Positions 1-7,386 of a stretch of 20,000 nucleotides of DNA are shown here, in pieces. How positions within the stretch are numbered: position 1 is the first letter of the stretch; each line of letters begins with the position of its first letter. The translations under genes were made by a program, and so were the position numbers. A model generated the notes under the pieces. The model saw only the letters and a list, made by a program, of their open reading frames with translations, searched no databases and was not told the DNA's origin. This DNA is from an uncultured virus (IMG/VR IMGVR_UViG_3300042274_000333) (taxonomy: Duplodnaviria > Heunggongvirae > Uroviricota > Caudoviricetes): the IMG/VR virus record IMGVR_UViG_3300042274_000333; one strand, 5' to 3'.

Positions 1-36
1 CCTTCGGGTGTGAGGGTTCAAATCCCTCTTGAAGCA
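1..36 (+). tRNA. 3' part of a long-variable-arm tRNA (probably Leu), truncated by the window edge
   Basis: Variable hairpin CC-TTCG-GG, T arm GAGGG-TTCAAAT-CCCTC, acceptor 3' strand TTGAAGC-A. Confidence 0.75.
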
Positions 37-42
37 AATAAT

Positions 43-124
43 GTTTCGGTGGTGGAAACGGTAGACACGGTAGCCTCAAAAGCTATTGCCGCAAGGCGTG
101 AGGGTTCAAGTCCCTCTCGGAGCA
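43..124 (+). tRNA. tRNA-Leu(CAA)
   Basis: Anticodon arm GTAGC-CTCAAAA-GCTAT, long variable arm GCC-GCAA-GGC, T arm GAGGG-TTCAAGT-CCCTC. Confidence 0.93.
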
Positions 125-132
125 AAAAATAA

Positions 133-161
133 TTGTTTAAAAATTAAAAAAATTCTATAAT
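133..161 (+). promoter_or_regulatory. sigma70-type promoter (TTGTTT-17-TATAAT)
   Basis: Same A-rich 17-nt spacer as the repeated promoter family. Confidence 0.6.
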
Positions 162-188
162 AAAGTATAGTCAATAAGGAGATTTTAA

Positions 189-515
189 ATGATTATTAAA
201 ATGGGAAGTCCAGATAATTTTGTACATGCTTTTTTTAAAAACGAAATGTATAATGAAGATTATCCATTGGATTTTGGCGTATATTTTTCAAAAGAAAAGC
301 CTATTAGTTCAAATGATGATACTTGTTTAGAGTATGAGTTTGATACAGAAAAAGATTATATTCTAACATCTACTGATGCATCTATAATCTGGATTTGGAA
401 GGATAAAAAGCCGACTATGATAGCAGATTATGGATATTTTTGGGAAAAAGGAACTGCTATTGATTTTGAAGCTAAGGAAACTGGGTTTTATGTAGTTTGT
501 GGCGAAAAATATTAA
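189..515 (+). CDS. hypothetical protein
   Basis: 108-aa ORF with AAGGAG RBS. Confidence 0.8.
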   Translation: MIIKMGSPDNFVHAFFKNEMYNEDYPLDFGVYFSKEKPISSNDDTCLEYEFDTEKDYILTSTDASIIWIWKDKKPTMIADYGYFWEKGTAIDFEAKETGFYVVCGEKY

Positions 516-533
516 ACAAATGGAGGTAGCAAA

Positions 534-1085
534 ATGAAATTAGAAGAAATTCTTGAAAGCATAGAACAAAAAGCCAAAGATTTTGCTACCGAAAAACACA
601 AAGGGCAAAAAAGAAAATTTGAAGGAGTCCCTTATGTGGAGCATCCTAAAAGAGTTGCTGAAATTGTAAGAAAATACAAAGACAGTCACAAAATTGATGA
701 ACTTATTTCTTCTGCTTTACTTCATGATACTATTGAAGATACAAATACTACAGAAGAAGATTTAGAGAAATTGTTTGGTGGTTTAGTGGCTTCTTTAGTA
801 AAAGAACTTACCTCTGATGGAGAAGAAATAAAGAAGAAAGGCAAAGAGACGTATCTTTCTGATAAAATGATTGGTATGTCTGATTGGGCTTTAGTTATAA
901 AACTAGCAGACAGACTTGACAACGTAAGTGATTTAGAAGTGGCTGATAAATATTTTAGAGATAGATACATTAGAGAAACAGTATTTATCCTTAATAAACT
1001 TGAATCAGGAAGAAAACTTTCAGGCACGCAACAAAAGCTGGTTGATGTTATTAGGGGTAAGATAAAAGAGTTGACAAAAAACTAA
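534..1085 (+). CDS. stand-alone HD-domain (p)ppGpp hydrolase-like protein (small alarmone hydrolase/Mesh1 type)
   Basis: Motifs HKGQKRK, PYVEHP, ALLHDTIEDT, VKELT, IKLADRLDN; GGAGG RBS. Confidence 0.9.
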   Translation: MKLEEILESIEQKAKDFATEKHKGQKRKFEGVPYVEHPKRVAEIVRKYKDSHKIDELISSALLHDTIEDTNTTEEDLEKLFGGLVASLVKELTSDGEEIKKKGKETYLSDKMIGMSDWALVIKLADRLDNVSDLEVADKYFRDRYIRETVFILNKLESGRKLSGTQQKLVDVIRGKIKELTKN

Positions 1086-1099
1086 AAAAATTGTATAAT
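1071..1099 (+). promoter_or_regulatory. consensus sigma70 promoter
   Basis: TTGACA-17 nt-TATAAT with extended TG. Confidence 0.85.
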
Positions 1100-1113
1100 A
1101 AAAGAGTAAGATG

Positions 1114-1198
1114 GGGAAGCGTTAGGATAACACTTATGAGGGGACTGACCGAGTAACGTTCAGGTTTAAGTAGATGACAAGTCCTGCTAACGCTTTCC
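1114..1198 (+). ncRNA. putative small structured RNA
   Basis: 12-bp terminal stem GGGAAGCGTTAG/CTAACGCTTTCC, inner GGACT/AGTCC, directly after a promoter. Confidence 0.5.
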
Positions 1199-1216
1199 GA
1201 TTAAAATAAAAAATAT

Positions 1217-1288
1217 GGTGGTATGGTATAATGGCTATTACGGGAGATTGTCGATCTCCAAATCGGGGTTCAATTCCCCGTATCATCG
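1217..1288 (+). tRNA. tRNA-Asp(GTC)
   Basis: GGAGA-TTGTCGA-TCTCC; acceptor GGTGGTA/TATCATC; G73. Confidence 0.93.
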
Positions 1289-1293
1289 GAAAC

Positions 1294-1375
1294 GCCTTCT
1301 TAATCCTCTAAAGACGAGGGGCAGACTGTAAATCTGTTGCAACACGCTGGGTGGGTGCGATACCCACAGAGGGCA
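1294..1375 (+). tRNA. tRNA-Tyr(GTA), atypical D and T loops
   Basis: GCAGA-CTGTAAA-TCTGT; long variable arm; T loop TGCGATA; acceptor GCCTTCT/AGAGGGC. Confidence 0.85.
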
Positions 1376-1516
1376 AATGTCTCGGATAGCAAAAGACGTA
1401 AAACAAACCCGCTAGTGACACACCGGAATGCGAAGACGGTGCGTAAGACCGACTCGTTGCAACGAGGGATTATATGTATCGGTATAATACAGGTTGAATT
1501 CCGACCTGTATATTAT

Positions 1517-1588
1517 GGTCAGGTAGCAAATCGGTTTTGCAACACACTTTTAATGTGTCCCAGGTGGGTTCAACTCCCACCCTGATCA
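1517..1588 (+). tRNA. tRNA-Lys(TTT)
   Basis: ACACA-CTTTTAA-TGTGT; acceptor GGTCAGG/CCTGATC. Confidence 0.9.
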
Positions 1589-1590
1589 AA

Positions 1591-1677
1591 TGGAGTAGAG
1601 AAGCATAGGGGATATGCGCTTGCCTGCTAAGCAAGAGGTTATCATAGATGGCAGAGGGTCGGAACCTCCTTACTCCG
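1591..1677 (+). tRNA. tRNA-Ser(GCT), atypical T loop
   Basis: CTTGC-CTGCTAA-GCAAG; long variable arm; acceptor GGAGTAG/TTACTCC; G73. Confidence 0.85.
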
Positions 1678-1849
1678 TAAATATCATTTTGATTTGTTAG
1701 TTGGTTTATGGGACTATACGAGAGACCGACTATATGTGGCTGAAATAGTCTTCAGCGTAGTAAGCAGATCTTACTCATTTCAAAAATGATATAAATTTCA
1801 GTGTGTAACTTGATTTGAAAATACTTGCTTTTCAAATCATATATATATT

Positions 1850-2266
1850 ATGGAAAAAACACAATGCTTAAAATGCGGGGAATGGAAGAGCGTAGAAGAT
1901 TTTTCAAAAAATAAAAGAAAAAGAGGCTATCACAATTGGTGTAAATCTTGTGTTAAAGAATATGACCACGCTAGATATAAAGAAAATAAAGAAAAAATAT
2001 CTAAACAAAAAAAAGACCGCAGAAAGTCAATAAAAGAATGGTTTTTTGACTATAAAAGTTTTTTAAAATGTGAGATTTGTGGAGAAAGCCATATAGCAAC
2101 ATTAGACTTTCATCATTTGGATAAAACTTCAAAAGATTTTAATGTTAGTAATGCAGCTAAGCAAGGGTTTAGCAAAAGAAGAATTCTTGAAGAAACGAAT
2201 AAATGCATAATTCTGTGTGCAAATTGCCATAGAAAATTGCATTATGAAGAAAACAACTCTCAGTAG
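1850..2266 (+). CDS. HNH endonuclease (putative homing type) with N-terminal CxxC zinc-binding domain
   Basis: CLKC...WCKSC, CEICG, LDFHH, LCANCHRKLH; paralogous to 3874..4296. Confidence 0.88.
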   Translation: MEKTQCLKCGEWKSVEDFSKNKRKRGYHNWCKSCVKEYDHARYKENKEKISKQKKDRRKSIKEWFFDYKSFLKCEICGESHIATLDFHHLDKTSKDFNVSNAAKQGFSKRRILEETNKCIILCANCHRKLHYEENNSQ

Positions 2267-2330
2267 GTCAGTGGTAGACCGCCTGTTTTGGGAACAGGAG
2301 ATTTCGCAGGTTCGAATCCTGTCTGGGAGA
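2257..2330 (+). tRNA. tRNA-Pro(TGG), overlapping the end of the HNH ORF by 10 nt
   Basis: CCTGT-TTTGGGA-ACAGG; acceptor CTCTCAG/CTGGGAG. Confidence 0.92.
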
Positions 2331-2397
2331 TATAAGTTAGCAAACTATTGACGTATCAAGTCGGTAGAAATTCTAGAATTTTTGCTAACTTTTCAAT

Positions 2398-2469
2398 GAC
2401 TTCGTAGCTCAACGGTAGAGCATCTGGCTGTTAACCAGAGGGTTGGGGGTTCAAGTCCCTCCGTTGTCG
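2398..2469 (+). tRNA. tRNA-Asn(GTT)
   Basis: TCTGG-CTGTTAA-CCAGA; acceptor stem has two U-U mismatches. Confidence 0.9.
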
Positions 2470-2503
2470 TATTGTAGTTTAAATAAAAAAAGAAGGTATA
2501 AAA

Positions 2504-3766
2504 ATGAAAGAAATTGACATCGTAAAAAAACTACAAGAAAATGGATTTGAAGCCTACTTCGTAGGTGGATGCGTAAGAGATATGATTTTAAGGAAACCTC
2601 CAAAAGATATTGACGTAGTGACTTCCGCTACTCCTGAAGAGGTTTCAAAAATTTTTGAAACCTCTTTTTTTGTGGGAGAAAGTTTCGGCATATCTCTCGT
2701 AAGCGGGGTTGAGGTAGCTACTTTTAGAACTGAAAGTTCTTATGACGGTAGAAAGCCTAAAAGTGTTCATTTTAGTTCTTCTCTTGAAGAAGACTCTAAC
2801 AGAAGGGACTTTACTTTTAATGCATTATATTTTGACCCGATTAAAGATAAGATTATAGACCTTCATTATGGAATTGAAGATTTAGAAACTGGAACTGTAA
2901 GGTTTATTGGAAAAGCAGAAGATAGAATTCTAGAAGACCATTTAAGAATTCTACGTGCTATAAGATTTGCTTCTGTTTACGGATTTACTCTTGATAAAGA
3001 GGCTGTTTCTGCCATTAAAGAAAACAAACATTTACTTCATAGCATTAGTGCAGAAAGAATAACGGCAGAGATAAAGAAAACAGGAAATAAATTCCATAAA
3101 TTTGTAGAATTATTGTATGACTTACATGTTATAGATGAAATTTTTCCGTATGCTTCTGCTTTGAAAAATGTTCCACAGGATGCTGTTTGGCACCCAGAGG
3201 GAGATACATGGATTCATACTTTGAAGGTTATCAAAAACCTACAGACTGATGATTTTGTATTGAACTTGGCTGGACTTTTTCATGACTTTGGAAAGTTAAC
3301 TACCACTAAAAATGAAGATGGGAAAATAACTTCTAAAGGTCATGAAGCTGATTCTGTTATGCTTGCTCTTCCTATATTAAAAATGCTTAAAGTTTCCAAC
3401 AAGGAAGCAGAAGATATTCTATGGTTAGTTGAAAATCATATGAAAGTAAAGCATTTTCTTGAAATGAAAAAAAGTAAGAGAATAGCTTTAGCAAAAGACG
3501 AAAGAGCAGTAAAACTTGCAGAACTTTCTGTTGCAGACAGCATGACTGAAAAAGCATTAGAGAAGAACACTGAAATAAAAGATGCCATACTGGAACTTCG
3601 TAAGGATGAAAAAACCTTTGTAGCTCCTTTGGTAACTGGAAATGATTTGATAGCTTTGGGAATGAAGCCTGGAAAAGTATTCAAAATAATACTTGATGAT
3701 TTATTTGATAAACAGATAAACAAAGGCATTACGTCAAAAGAAGAATTGTTAGAATATGTATTATAA
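2504..3766 (+). CDS. cca: class II tRNA nucleotidyltransferase (CCA-adding enzyme) with HD domain
   Basis: VGGCVRD, DIDV, RRDFTFNAL, EDHLRILRAIRFA, HPEG...FHDFGK, VTGNDLIALGMKPG. Confidence 0.93.
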   Translation: MKEIDIVKKLQENGFEAYFVGGCVRDMILRKPPKDIDVVTSATPEEVSKIFETSFFVGESFGISLVSGVEVATFRTESSYDGRKPKSVHFSSSLEEDSNRRDFTFNALYFDPIKDKIIDLHYGIEDLETGTVRFIGKAEDRILEDHLRILRAIRFASVYGFTLDKEAVSAIKENKHLLHSISAERITAEIKKTGNKFHKFVELLYDLHVIDEIFPYASALKNVPQDAVWHPEGDTWIHTLKVIKNLQTDDFVLNLAGLFHDFGKLTTTKNEDGKITSKGHEADSVMLALPILKMLKVSNKEAEDILWLVENHMKVKHFLEMKKSKRIALAKDERAVKLAELSVADSMTEKALEKNTEIKDAILELRKDEKTFVAPLVTGNDLIALGMKPGKVFKIILDDLFDKQINKGITSKEELLEYVL

Positions 3767-3774
3767 TTTATTAT

Positions 3775-3806
3775 TCATGTATAGTAATTGATTTTACTAT
3801 ACATGA
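3775..3806 (+). terminator. 13-bp hairpin after cca (terminator or processing site)
   Basis: TCATGTATAGTAA/TTACTATACATGA inverted repeat; no clear U tract. Confidence 0.45.
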
Positions 3807-3811
3807 TATAT

Positions 3812-3847
3812 GGGTGCTTGGTGTAATGGTAACATAAGAGTCTCCAA
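3812..3847 (+). pseudogene. 5' half of interrupted tRNA-Trp(CCA)
   Basis: GGGTGCT-TG-GTGT-AATGGTA-ACAT-A-AGAGT-CTCCAA, then the cloverleaf breaks off. Confidence 0.85.
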
Positions 3848-3873
3848 CTGTAAAGATATATTTGGAGACTAAC

Positions 3874-4296
3874 ATGGAAACAAAAATTTGTGGAACTTGT
3901 AAAAAAGAATTGCCATTAACTTATTTTAGGAAAAATATAAGAAGAAAAGATGGATACCAAACAGATTGTATTAAGTGCAGAAAAGAATACAATAAAAATC
4001 ATTATATAAAAAATAAAGAACTTTATAAAAAAAGAGCAAGTAAAAGAACAAAAGAATTAAGGCTTTGGTTCAAAGAATACAAAAAAGAATTAAAATGTGA
4101 GATTTGCGGAGATTGCAGATTTTATGTTTTAGAATTTCATCATAAAGATCCTACAGATAAAAAAGAGTCAGTTTCACAATTGATAAGACTTTCTTCTAAA
4201 AAATATTTATTAGAGGAAATAGATAAATGTTCTGTTTTGTGTTCTAATTGTCATAAAGAACTGCACTATCTTGAAAATAATGGTGGCGTATGTTAA
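3874..4296 (+). CDS. HNH endonuclease (putative homing type)
   Basis: CGTC...CIKC, CEICG, LEFHH, LCSNCHKELH; ATG 3874 preferred over TTG 3862 because GGAG lies at 3864-3867. Confidence 0.88.
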   Translation: METKICGTCKKELPLTYFRKNIRRKDGYQTDCIKCRKEYNKNHYIKNKELYKKRASKRTKELRLWFKEYKKELKCEICGDCRFYVLEFHHKDPTDKKESVSQLIRLSSKKYLLEEIDKCSVLCSNCHKELHYLENNGGVC

Positions 4297-4354
4297 ATGG
4301 TAAACTCTTTCGCTCCAAACGAAAGTTATGTGAGTTCAAATCTTACCGCCATCG
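4282..4354 (+). tRNA. tRNA-Trp(CCA), overlapping the end of the HNH ORF by 15 nt
   Basis: TTTCG-CTCCAAA-CGAAA; acceptor GGTGGCG/CGCCATC; G73. Confidence 0.9.
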
Positions 4355-4360
4355 AATAAA

Positions 4361-4388
4361 GTTAAGGGTTCGATCCCTTTAGCACTCG
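4361..4388 (+). pseudogene. 3' half (T arm and acceptor strand) of interrupted tRNA-Trp
   Basis: AAGGG-TTCGATC-CCTTT-AGCACTC-G; AGCACTC pairs with GGGTGCT at 3812. Confidence 0.85.
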
Positions 4389-4434
4389 TTACGTTTCTCA
4401 TGCTGAAAAGAATTTACTTCATAAGGGGAGAAAT

Positions 4435-4632
4435 ATGCTATTTCGTCATAATGAAAGAAAGAAAAGGATAGAAGTTTATAAACTTCTACCTTGTGGGGAA
4501 GAGCGTTTGGTAAAAGTGAAGGTAGGTGTTATTCGCTTATTTGATGAAGAGAAAGTATTTCTCCCAAGAGAAGGGTCAAGGCTTACGCCAGAGAATCTTA
4601 TTGATATTGCAGGGTATATTTTGGAAGAATAA
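4435..4632 (+). CDS. hypothetical protein
   Basis: 65-aa ORF, GGGGAG RBS. Confidence 0.7.
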   Translation: MLFRHNERKKRIEVYKLLPCGEERLVKVKVGVIRLFDEEKVFLPREGSRLTPENLIDIAGYILEE

Positions 4633-4635
4633 ATG

Positions 4636-4664
4636 TTGACAAGAAATTAAAAAAGGTATATACT
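4636..4664 (+). promoter_or_regulatory. sigma70-type promoter
   Basis: TTGACA-17-TATACT. Confidence 0.7.
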
Positions 4665-4687
4665 TTCTCTATAAAGAGGGAAGTAAA

Positions 4688-5137
4688 ATGGAATGGTTAG
4701 ATTTATTTGATAATAATGTAGAGAGAATCTGCATATCCCACACACGTTTGGGAACCTATTATGTTTCCCATCTTGTGATTTATGGTAGTGAAGTTTCTGC
4801 ATGGGGAATGTTAAGTGAGAATGAGCATATTTCTTTTGAAGAATATGTAGATGAATACGATTCTTATGAAGGCATACTTACTATGAAAGGAATGGCAGAA
4901 GAAGATTTTTTAGAGAGAACTGGAACCCCTGAAAATTATAGGTGTAGTTTTTGCTGTGCAGGAAAAGAGAAAAAGTATTTTGAATATACCACAGAAGAAG
5001 GCACAACACTAACAATGGCTATAAACGGAGATTGTTCTTGCCTTAATTTAAAAGAAACTTCAAAAGAAGGGATTTTAACAGAGGAATCTTGCCACCCTAT
5101 AAGGTTTTGTCCTATCTGTGGAGCAAAGTTAAGTTAA
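4688..5137 (+). CDS. hypothetical protein with zinc-ribbon-like cysteines
   Basis: CSFC...FCPICGAKL; GAGG RBS. Confidence 0.8.
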   Translation: MEWLDLFDNNVERICISHTRLGTYYVSHLVIYGSEVSAWGMLSENEHISFEEYVDEYDSYEGILTMKGMAEEDFLERTGTPENYRCSFCCAGKEKKYFEYTTEEGTTLTMAINGDCSCLNLKETSKEGILTEESCHPIRFCPICGAKLS

Positions 5138-5138
5138 T

Positions 5139-5212
5139 GCCTGTTTGGGCTAATGGATTAAGCCAGTAGTCTTCGAAACTATTAAGTGGGGGTTCGAATC
5201 CCTCAACAGGCG
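5139..5212 (+). tRNA. tRNA-Arg(TCG)
   Basis: GTAGT-CTTCGAA-ACTAT; acceptor GCCTGTT/AACAGGC. Confidence 0.92.
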
Positions 5213-5218
5213 AAGTAT

Positions 5219-5290
5219 GCCCGAATGGTGTAATGGATAACATGTGAGTTTCCTAAACTTTTGATAAAGGTTCAATTCCTTTTTCGGGTA
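5219..5290 (+). tRNA. tRNA-Arg(CCT)
   Basis: TGAGT-TTCCTAA-ACTTT; acceptor GCCCGAA/TTCGGGT. Confidence 0.88.
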
Positions 5291-5301
5291 AAGAGGTATT
5301 T

Positions 5302-5571
5302 ATGTTTATTTTTGGCATTCGTTTTGAAGATGTAGAAAGAAGATACGGTATAAAAAGAGAAAATTTTCAAGTTGAAAATATGGGAGAAATGAAAGATCTC
5401 GGTATTTTCATAAACGATGATGTTCTTGGATGGTATTCAGATTCTCGGTATTGGTTTAGGGGTAGTAATATCACAGTAGTAAAAAGGTTTATAGCTGATT
5501 TCATAAATGAAAATTTTATAATGAAAGCTGAATGTATAAAAGACAATGATATAAAGTTGATAATGATATGA
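5302..5571 (+). CDS. hypothetical protein
   Basis: 89-aa ORF, GAGG RBS, ATGA overlap with the next gene. Confidence 0.75.
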   Translation: MFIFGIRFEDVERRYGIKRENFQVENMGEMKDLGIFINDDVLGWYSDSRYWFRGSNITVVKRFIADFINENFIMKAECIKDNDIKLIMI

Positions 5572-5936
5572 GTACTTTTTCTTTTAAACATATAAAAACC
5601 CCAGGGTGGGCAAAAAGCAGTAACGATATTTATTTTCTCGTTTTAGACGAAAATAATAATAAATTTGGCTATATCGGATTACAAAGTATGGATTTTTCAA
5701 GGGGAATATGTGGAAACCTTTGCTATAAAACTCATGTAAAATACAGAGGGCAAAAAAAGTCAAAGTATTATGTCAAACAATTTATAGAAGAATGTATGTT
5801 TGATATAGATATTTGGAGAGCATATACCAGTGAAGAAAACATAGCAAGTATAAAAATATTAGAATATTGTGGATTTATTGTTGAAGATATTTCAAATGGT
5901 AAGATATATTACAAGTTAAGGAAGTTTGATTATTAA
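5568..5936 (+). CDS. GNAT-family acetyltransferase (RimJ/RimL-like)
   Basis: GYIGL, KYRGQKKS, ENIASIKILEYCGF. Confidence 0.8.
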   Translation: MSTFSFKHIKTPGWAKSSNDIYFLVLDENNNKFGYIGLQSMDFSRGICGNLCYKTHVKYRGQKKSKYYVKQFIEECMFDIDIWRAYTSEENIASIKILEYCGFIVEDISNGKIYYKLRKFDY

Positions 5937-6312
5937 TATGTATAAAGAAAGATTTATATTTCATAAAGAAGTAAAAGAAATTAGAGAAAATTCTATTGAT
6001 GATGAACATTTTTTAGACAATCTTCAAGAATATTTTAATGATTATATAGATGAAGCACTTGAAAAAACCGGAAAAGCAGATGAATATTATAACGAAGGTT
6101 TTGAAGATGGAAAAGATGAAATGGAAGACCATATAGAAGAAGAGTGTCAAAACTCTTATAATGAAGGTCTTAAAGATGGAGTACGTAATTTTTTAAAAGG
6201 GTTTAAAAAGTATACAGATGAAATATCATCTTCTGTAGAAAAAGCTAGAAAATATCTTATAGAAACAGGCATATATACAGAAAATGGTGAAATAAGCGAA
6301 GAATATAAATAG
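5926..6312 (+). CDS. acidic hypothetical protein
   Basis: ORF with YNEGFEDG/YNEGLKDG repeats; start may be ATG 5938. Confidence 0.75.
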   Translation: MIINMYKERFIFHKEVKEIRENSIDDEHFLDNLQEYFNDYIDEALEKTGKADEYYNEGFEDGKDEMEDHIEEECQNSYNEGLKDGVRNFLKGFKKYTDEISSSVEKARKYLIETGIYTENGEISEEYK

Positions 6313-6317
6313 AACTT

Positions 6318-6390
6318 GTCCGTATAGTGTAATGGATTAGCACAAGACTCTTCTAAAGTTTTAGTATAGGTTCGAATCCTATTATGGACA
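6318..6390 (+). tRNA. tRNA-Arg(TCT)
   Basis: AGACT-CTTCTAA-AGTTT; acceptor GTCCGTA/TATGGAC. Confidence 0.92.
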
Positions 6391-6393
6391 TAT

Positions 6394-6478
6394 GGGTAGT
6401 TAGGTAAGTGGTTAAGCCGACGGTCTGCAAAATCGTTCAATCCTTTTTAGGACGAGGGTTCAAATCCCTCACTACCCT
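6394..6478 (+). tRNA. tRNA-Cys(GCA) with long variable arm
   Basis: ACGGT-CTGCAAA-ATCGT; variable hairpin TCCT-TTTT-AGGA; U73. Confidence 0.88.
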
Positions 6479-6487
6479 TAACTTTGG

Positions 6488-6516
6488 TTGACAAAAAAGT
6501 AAAAATTTTGTATAAT
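6488..6516 (+). promoter_or_regulatory. consensus sigma70 promoter
   Basis: TTGACA-17-TATAAT. Confidence 0.85.
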
Positions 6517-6641
6517 AAGAGAGTAAGTTAGGCGGTATATTGCCTTACATTCTAACGATAGAACTAACAGTACCTAATGGATAAAGCTGGTTTTAGTTAA
6601 GTGGAATAAAAAAATATACATTGTTGCAGTATTGAGTTCAA

Positions 6642-6714
6642 GGGCAGTTAGCAAAGCGGTTGTTGCAAAAGACTCTTAATCTTTCCTAGGTGGGTTCGAC
6701 ACCCACACTGCTCA
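6642..6714 (+). tRNA. tRNA-Lys(CTT)
   Basis: AAAGA-CTCTTAA-TCTTT; acceptor GGGCAGT/ACTGCTC. Confidence 0.9.
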
Positions 6715-6989
6715 ACAAAAGAAAACCTTAAAAGTTTTCTCTCGTATAAGAGTTATTTTAAAGTTATTGGTTTCTTTAAAAAAACCTACGCTCGCCTGTA
6801 CAGAACGTTTAGCATATCAAGTGTAGAGCACCCCTTATAATATTAGTGGATATGCCTTGTTGAACGTTAGGGTTACTTCTCCTAACTTCTACTCGTAAAT
6901 ATAAGGCAAAGAAGGTGTCTTTTCTTAGTAGGTTTGACTCGTTGAGCCATTTTGAAAAGAGAGGGAGGGGTACAGAACCCCCTCATTTT

Positions 6990-7066
6990 GGGCTGTGGGA
7001 CTGCAAGGCGTGGTCGCCTCGTTTGCACCGAGGATATTCAGGAGGGTTCAATTCCCTCACGGTCCA
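6990..7066 (+). tRNA. tRNA-Ala(TGC)
   Basis: CCTCG-TTTGCAC-CGAGG; G3:U70, A73. Confidence 0.9.
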
Positions 7067-7208
7067 CAAAGCGTAACTGTGGACACCCCTTTTACGCTGA
7101 AACCCATGACGTTTAAAGCGCTTTCGTACATGGTGTGCTTTTTGGTGGCTACAGGAACCAACGCTAGTAGAGCGAGACCTACCTTGGGTGTGCACACCCA
7201 TGTTTTAT

Positions 7209-7281
7209 GTTGCGGTAGCTCAGTTGGTAGAGCGCCAGGCTGAAAACCTGAATGTCGCCAGTTCGATTCTGGCTCGTAACA
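7209..7281 (+). tRNA. tRNA-Phe(GAA)
   Basis: CCAGG-CTGAAAA-CCTGA; acceptor GTTGCGG/TCGTAAC. Confidence 0.92.
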
Positions 7282-7287
7282 AACAAC

Positions 7288-7359
7288 GCAGGATTAACTC
7301 AATGGGAGAGTGTCTCGTTTACACCGAGAAAGTTGGGGGTTCAAGTCCCTTATCCTGTA
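7288..7359 (+). tRNA. tRNA-Val(TAC)
   Basis: TCTCG-TTTACAC-CGAGA; acceptor GCAGGAT/ATCCTGT. Confidence 0.92.
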
Positions 7360-7386
7360 TATTTTTTTTATAAGGATGGAAAGAAA

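Larger units (their letters stand above)
3848..4360 (+). mobile_element. inserted cassette: HNH endonuclease plus intact tRNA-Trp
   Basis: Lies between the complementary halves of an older tRNA-Trp; boundaries approximate. Confidence 0.75.

Noticed and set aside
1141..1186. Hammerhead ribozyme (CTGACCGAG)
   Set aside because: Does not match the CUGANGA spacing and has no GAAA core.
1337..1585. Plus-strand ORFs 1337..1585, 6995..7243, 7188..7373, 10885..11148 and the 5' extensions of 7252 and 14762
   Set aside because: They overlap clear tRNA genes and lack RBSs or protein-like composition.
3848..4360. Group I intron in tRNA-Trp
   Set aside because: The insert is almost wholly ORF plus tRNA, leaving no room for a ribozyme core, and the 3' anticodon-stem strand is missing, so splicing could not restore the tRNA.
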